Origin: an uncultured Gammaproteobacteria bacterium
Lineage (GTDB): Bacteria; Patescibacteriota; Patescibacteriia; Patescibacteriales; UBA12465
Length of the DNA stretch: 38,149 nucleotides
Direction of reading: 5' to 3'
NCBI GenBank assembly: GCA_964475575.1
Contig: CAYYXD010000002.1
Span: forward strand, 1 to 38,149
Shown: positions 34,596 to 38,149 of the stretch, piece after piece
Numbering within the stretch: the first letter of the stretch is position 1
Layout: each line of letters begins with the position of its first letter
Translations under genes and position numbers: made by a program
The notes under the pieces: generated by a model
The model's input: only the letters and a program-made list of their open reading frames with translations
The model's database searches: none
What the model was told of the DNA's origin: nothing

Positions 34596-35414
34596 ATGGA
34601 TTTAATCGGTTTATTAAAACAAAAACGTCAAACAATAATATCAGTTTTTTTAATTTTATTAGTTATAGGTTTACTTTTCTTGTTAACTCAGAATTTTAAA
34701 TATGGAACAAAATCTAAGATATTAGTAATTCAAGAGGGAGCTGGTAAAGTTGATCCTTATTCTGTCTCTCGATCAGTAGAATATTTATCTGATTTATTTT
34801 CTAAAGTTATTTATTCTAATGCTTTTTTTGAATCAGTTATGAACTCTGATTTTGACATTGATAAGAGTTATTTTGGTGAAGACTATAATGATATGATGAA
34901 GAATTGGAAAAAAACAGTTTCTACTAAAACTTTAGAAGATTCTGGAATTATGGTTATTAGTGTTTATCATGAAGATAATTATCAAGCTACTCAAATTGCT
35001 TTAGCCGTTAATCATGTTTTAATCAATGAACATCAAAATTATCATGGTTTAGGCAATTCAGTAAAACTTAGTATTATTGATCAACCAGTAACTTCTAATT
35101 ATCCAATTAAACCAAATTTAGTTTATTATTTTATAGTACTTATTTCAGTTAGTTTATTTATTAGTTTAATATATATTTATCTTTTTCCAGAAAGAAAGTA
35201 TGACATTAATTTTTTTGGAGAACAAAAACCAAAAAAGATAATACTTGAAAAAGAGATTAAACAGAATATTAGTAATAATATATCAAAGGTAGAATTAAAA
35301 AATAAAGCAAGTGAAAATAATAATATAGAAGATGTAGAAATAGAAGATGTAAAAGAAACTATTAACTATAATGAAATAAGAAAATCGGGTGATATCAGTA
35401 ATTTATTTGAGTAA
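34596..35414 (+). CDS. Wzz-like polysaccharide co-polymerase (chain-length determinant) protein
   Basis: N-terminal TM (IISVFLILLVIGLLFLL) and C-proximal TM (LVYYFIVLISVSLFISLIYIYLF) flank a ~130-aa loop, which is the PCP topology. There is no kinase domain. The position next to Wzx/Wzy-type genes supports the call. Confidence 0.55.
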   Translation: MDLIGLLKQKRQTIISVFLILLVIGLLFLLTQNFKYGTKSKILVIQEGAGKVDPYSVSRSVEYLSDLFSKVIYSNAFFESVMNSDFDIDKSYFGEDYNDMMKNWKKTVSTKTLEDSGIMVISVYHEDNYQATQIALAVNHVLINEHQNYHGLGNSVKLSIIDQPVTSNYPIKPNLVYYFIVLISVSLFISLIYIYLFPERKYDINFFGEQKPKKIILEKEIKQNISNNISKVELKNKASENNNIEDVEIEDVKETINYNEIRKSGDISNLFE

Positions 35415-35438
35415 TATTATTTAATTAATAATATAAAA

Positions 35439-35517
35439 GTTCTTTGACAAATATTCCTTCTTAATGATTTATATTTAAAAGGTCTTTAAATAGAGATTTT
35501 TTAAATATAAATCATTA
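35439..35517 (+). promoter_or_regulatory. Conserved 79-nt leader element, copy 1 (long hairpin)
   Basis: Perfect 19-bp inverted repeat at 35462-35480 / 35499-35517 around the spacer GGTCTTTAAATAGAGATT. 73 of 79 nt are identical to 36531-36609. It lies 43 nt upstream of ATG 35560. Confidence 0.5.
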
Positions 35518-35559
35518 AAGTTAAAAAAATTATAAAAAATAACAAGGAGGAAATAAAAA

Positions 35560-36423
35560 ATGTCAAAAATAATGAGAATATTAGTAGTGGTATTATTTGT
35601 ATTATTATGTAATGTCAAAGCTCAGGATGATCCAGAAAGATTTAACATTAGCTATGGGATGCATAATACCATAGGTGACCAAAGGATGTTATCCGGAGGT
35701 GACTCAATCGTCAAGGTTGGATCTGGAGTTAAACACTCCGTTTCCGGTGAAGTCTTCTTAGGTAATCGCATTTATCGACCAGGAATTTATTCCCAATATA
35801 GTAATTCCAATTTTTTGACTCAACAATTTGAAGCTCAAAAATCTTGGAACTTTTCAGTGGGAATTATTTCCCAAATAAACTTGGGACCGGTGGAAGCAAA
35901 AATTTATACAGGTTATTTCCATAAAGATCTAAAAATTTCTGGGTACGATTCTGAATCCAAAAAGTTTTCGGATTCGTCAAAGATTAATGGTCTTGATCTG
36001 GGTGTTAATTTAATTATTGCCCAACAAGATATCAACTTGTTTCCGAAGATTGAACTTTTTGGTAACGGAAAGTTTCAATTCTCGAGAAATATGTCGGGGA
36101 AGATAGTTCCAAAAGGTTATTCTTTTGGAGCTAATGTAGAAATTTATCGAATTTCTTTCTTTGATTATTATATATCTCCTTTTTTGGGAGTATACAAGAT
36201 GGAAGAAATGAGTAGCTATAAGAATTTGATTTATAAACTTGGTGTTTCTCTCAACAATAACATTGTTAGAAGCGATATTGCTAAGGTGGGAGTATTCCTA
36301 TCTTGGAATAATGAAGTTTATAATTACCAAAGTTCTGACTACAATTATTCGGTAAAAAATGCTAATATAGGAATTTTCCTACAATTTAGTCCTACAGGCC
36401 TATTTTCGCAATATGTGAGATAA
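35560..36423 (+). CDS. Secreted beta-strand-rich protein, paralog A (OMP-like beta-barrel candidate, unknown family)
   Basis: Strong SD AAGGAGG at 35544-35550. Signal peptide MSKIMRILVVVLFVLLCNVKA-QD. Alternating hydrophobic/polar strands run throughout. It shares blocks with 36639-37523 (INGLDLGVNL..FPKIELF, FGANVEIYRI..DYYISP). Confidence 0.7.
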   Translation: MSKIMRILVVVLFVLLCNVKAQDDPERFNISYGMHNTIGDQRMLSGGDSIVKVGSGVKHSVSGEVFLGNRIYRPGIYSQYSNSNFLTQQFEAQKSWNFSVGIISQINLGPVEAKIYTGYFHKDLKISGYDSESKKFSDSSKINGLDLGVNLIIAQQDINLFPKIELFGNGKFQFSRNMSGKIVPKGYSFGANVEIYRISFFDYYISPFLGVYKMEEMSSYKNLIYKLGVSLNNNIVRSDIAKVGVFLSWNNEVYNYQSSDYNYSVKNANIGIFLQFSPTGLFSQYVR

Positions 36424-36441
36424 ATCTTACATGAAATTTAT

Positions 36442-36480
36442 AAGGATTCTGTTTTTCAATAAAAACTAGAATCCTTTTTT
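36442..36480 (+). terminator. Rho-independent terminator after paralog A
   Basis: AAGGATTCT (36442-36450) pairs with AGAATCCTT (36468-36476). An inner helix GTTTTT/AAAAAC extends the stem. A T-run follows. Confidence 0.8.
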
Positions 36481-36495
36481 ATTTTTGTCAAGGTA

Positions 36496-36524
36496 TTGAC
36501 AAGAATAATCCTTTATGATACAAT
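36496..36524 (+). promoter_or_regulatory. Consensus sigma70-type promoter of paralog B
   Basis: TTGACA (36496-36501), a 17-nt spacer, then TACAAT (36519-36524) with an extended -10 TG at 36516-36517. The -35 box lies inside the palindrome TGTCAAGGTATTGACA (36486-36501). The predicted TSS is near 36531. Confidence 0.65.
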
Positions 36525-36530
36525 GTAAAT

Positions 36531-36609
36531 GTTCTTTAATAAACATTCCTTGCTAATGATTTATATCTAAAAGGTCTTTAAATAGAGATTTTTTAAATAT
36601 AAATCATTA
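36531..36609 (+). promoter_or_regulatory. Conserved 79-nt leader element, copy 2 (long hairpin)
   Basis: The 19-nt arms at 36554-36572 / 36591-36609 have one C-A mismatch. The spacer is identical to copy 1. The element begins at the predicted TSS. Confidence 0.5.
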
Positions 36610-36638
36610 GTTAACAAAATAATCAAAAAAAAGGAATC

Positions 36639-37523
36639 ATGAAAACAAAGACATTAGTAGCATTAGCAATAATATTGACAATTGCAACAACCGTAGAAGG
36701 CGGAAGAAGGTATAATAGTAGAAAAATAAAGACTGGGGAAAGATTCTCTCTGAGTTATGACATTCAGAGCTTGAATATGAAAAGCAGTAAAGATTTAATC
36801 CATCATCTTGATGGAGAGGTGTTCTTTTTACCCACAACTAATAAAGTAAATGTGGGAGCCTTCTTGGAGGGCCATAAAGGAGGAGTGTTCGTAGCTAATA
36901 ATAGTGAAGATCAAAAGTATATATCTTTTGGTCCGAGCTTGAAGTTTCAATCTGAAAAGTTTGAAACTACATTAAAAGCCGGATACTTTCTCCAAAAGAA
37001 AGAGATATTTTACAAAGGTGATGTCATAGAAACCAACAATTTAAATGGTCTTGATCTTGGAGTAAATATCAATTTACTCCAAAACGATTTCAAATTCGTT
37101 CCGAAAATAGAATTATTTGTGGAAACAAAGATTGAATTTAGTAAAAAATACTTTCAATTTAATAATGAAGATGAAGGTATTAATGAAATTAAAAGTATCG
37201 TAACCACAAGTATCTGCAACTATCAATTTGGAGTAAATGTTCATTTGTATAGGATTAATTTAGGAGATTATTATATGTCTCCTATGATCGGACTGGAAAA
37301 ATCCGAATCCTTTACTAGAAAAAACTTATTCCAAATAAAGGCCGGAATGAGTTTAAATAATGGAGTAACAACAAGCAATATTTTTCAAGTTGGAATCTCA
37401 TTATCATTCTATAATAATGGCTACTATCAAACAATTGAGGGTGAAAGCACTATCAGCCCTTGTATGTTTGGAGTGTATATGAAGATCAATCCTTCGGGAT
37501 TTTTTATCCATAGGGTAAAATAA
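36639..37523 (+). CDS. Secreted beta-strand-rich protein, paralog B (OMP-like beta-barrel candidate, unknown family)
   Basis: Signal-like N-terminus MKTKTLVALAIILTIATTVEG. Blocks shared with paralog A include ERFSLSY, DGEVFF, LNGLDLGVNI..VPKIELF, FGVNVHLYRI..DYYMSP, and SLNN...VGISLSF. Confidence 0.7.
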   Translation: MKTKTLVALAIILTIATTVEGGRRYNSRKIKTGERFSLSYDIQSLNMKSSKDLIHHLDGEVFFLPTTNKVNVGAFLEGHKGGVFVANNSEDQKYISFGPSLKFQSEKFETTLKAGYFLQKKEIFYKGDVIETNNLNGLDLGVNINLLQNDFKFVPKIELFVETKIEFSKKYFQFNNEDEGINEIKSIVTTSICNYQFGVNVHLYRINLGDYYMSPMIGLEKSESFTRKNLFQIKAGMSLNNGVTTSNIFQVGISLSFYNNGYYQTIEGESTISPCMFGVYMKINPSGFFIHRVK

Positions 37524-37549
37524 AAGGAATCACAATGATTCCTTTTTTT
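37522..37549. terminator. Bidirectional terminator between paralog B and rpmA
   Basis: AAGGAATC (37524-37531) pairs with GATTCCTT (37537-37544) with a 5-nt loop. T7 follows on the + strand, and a T-rich run follows on the - strand. Confidence 0.75.
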
Positions 37550-37575
37550 AATATGTATAGATGTATAAGGTTTAT

Positions 37576-37851
37576 TTACTTTACAACATTAACAATTTTA
37601 CTTTTTTGTAATTTACCATCAAATTTTAAAAGTTTTTTTGTTCTAAACTTTACTGTGCCTGAAGCGACAGCAAATAATGTATCATCTTTTCCTTTTTTTA
37701 CATTTTCTCCAGGATGATATTTAGTTCCACGTTGACGTATAATAATATTACCGATCTTAGCTTTTTGGCCATCGGATAATTTTACACCTAAACGTTTACT
37801 TTCTGAATCTCGACCTAACGAGGTTGATCCGGCTGAATTTTTGTGTGACAT
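37576..37851 (-). CDS. rpmA: 50S ribosomal protein L27
   Basis: [24 protein letters not shown]...[16 protein letters not shown]...DDTLFA..G.VKF is the canonical L27 sequence. Confidence 0.95.
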   Translation of the reverse strand: MSHKNSAGSTSLGRDSESKRLGVKLSDGQKAKIGNIIIRQRGTKYHPGENVKKGKDDTLFAVASGTVKFRTKKLLKFDGKLQKSKIVNVVK

Positions 37852-37923
37852 ATTAATAAAATTATTTTAGCTTATTATCAATAACCTAAAATAATGAATA
37901 AATTATATTTTTTATACTTGTAC

Positions 37924-37974
37924 AGTATATCAAAGCTATTATTACTTGTCAATTGATTTTTTATGTAGTATAAT
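37924..37974. promoter_or_regulatory. Back-to-back divergent promoters (rpmA on -, ferredoxin on +) with overlapping -35 boxes
   Basis: On the + strand: TTGTCA (37946-37951), a 17-nt spacer, then TATAAT (37969-37974). On the - strand: TTGACA (reverse complement of 37947-37952), a 17-nt spacer, then TATACT (reverse complement of 37924-37929), preceded by TG. Confidence 0.5.
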
Positions 37975-38039
37975 TCTATTGTAATTTATTAAATTAATGT
38001 ATTTAAGATTAATATAATTATTCTTAAATTTTTGTTTTT

Positions 38040-38149
38040 ATGTCAATAAAAGTAGATCAAAATAAATGTATTGGTTGTGGAATGTGTGTTAATATGTGTC
38101 CAAAAGTTTTTAAAATAAACTCAACTGGTAAATCTGAAGTTATTAGTCA
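38040..38149 (+). CDS. 4Fe-4S ferredoxin, 3' partial (runs off window)
   Basis: From ATG 38040 the translation is MSIKVDQNKCIGCGMCVNMCPKVFKINSTGKSEVIS, which contains the CxxCxxCxxxCP cluster motif. There is no stop before the window end. Confidence 0.8.
   Translation, partial: MSIKVDQNKCIGCGMCVNMCPKVFKINSTGKSEVIS

Noticed and set aside
35439-36609. The two 79-nt repeats as a CRISPR array or MITE/IS ends
   Set aside because: There are only two copies, 1,092 bp apart, with a full gene between them. Each sits in the same position relative to a paralogous CDS, so they belong to a segmental duplication. No transposase or target-site duplication is visible. A MITE origin cannot be fully excluded without a genome-wide search.
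36637-36837. 66-aa minus-strand ORF over the start of paralog B
   Set aside because: It is antisense to a CDS supported by paralog conservation and would run into the leader and promoter.
37535-37717. 60-aa + strand ORF overlapping the terminator and rpmA
   Set aside because: It is antisense to L27 and starts inside the terminator hairpin.
1-38149. tRNA, rRNA, tmRNA, RNase P, integrase, transposase or toxin-antitoxin genes
   Set aside because: I scanned the intergenic spaces, all under 200 nt, and the G/C-rich patches by eye. I saw no T-loop-like GTTCGAATC motifs, no cloverleaf candidates and no recombinase motifs. This was a visual scan only, not tRNAscan or Infernal.

Overview
The window is visibly AT-rich (I did not compute G+C) and tightly packed, with about 40 protein-coding genes, mostly on the + strand. 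I found no rRNA, tRNA, CRISPR array, transposase or integrase. Standard code 11 fits, because TGA acts as a stop.

The content falls into two groups.

1. Housekeeping genes:
- RRM RNA-binding protein, RlpA-like protein, rlmN
- a stand-alone rplJ-rplL operon with a consensus promoter and a structured leader
- holB, frr, rseP, a short hpf, secA, rpmA, and a ferredoxin cut by the window end

2. Cell-envelope glycan genes:
- a small module of DUF4012, a Wzy_C-like protein and a GT4 (6.8-11.3 kb)
- a ~14 kb Wzx/Wzy-type cluster (21.7-35.4 kb) with an FkbM methyltransferase, two GT9, two GT4, two GT2 (one frameshifted at an A9 tract), a SAM methyltransferase, a Wzx flippase, a WbaP-like priming transferase, a Wzy_C-TPR fusion and a Wzz-like protein

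The gene content and compactness resemble a reduced CPR/Patescibacteria-type genome. That assignment is inference only.

The most unusual locus is 35.4-37.6 kb. It holds two tandem, diverged paralogs encoding signal-peptide proteins with OMP-like beta-strand periodicity. Each has its own terminator. Each also has a 79-nt leader that is about 92% identical between the copies. The leader contains a 19-bp (extendable to ~26-bp) hairpin and a pyrimidine box complementary to the Shine-Dalgarno sequence.

Other notable items:
- a Bro-N/DinD-like gene pair (one copy decayed) downstream of secA
- a PspC plus Cys-rich LiaF-like membrane pair
- a large membrane protein with beta-propeller-like repeats, divergent from a wHTH regulator
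- a conserved palindrome overlapping two -35 boxes

All family assignments come from motif recognition by eye. No database search or computation was run.
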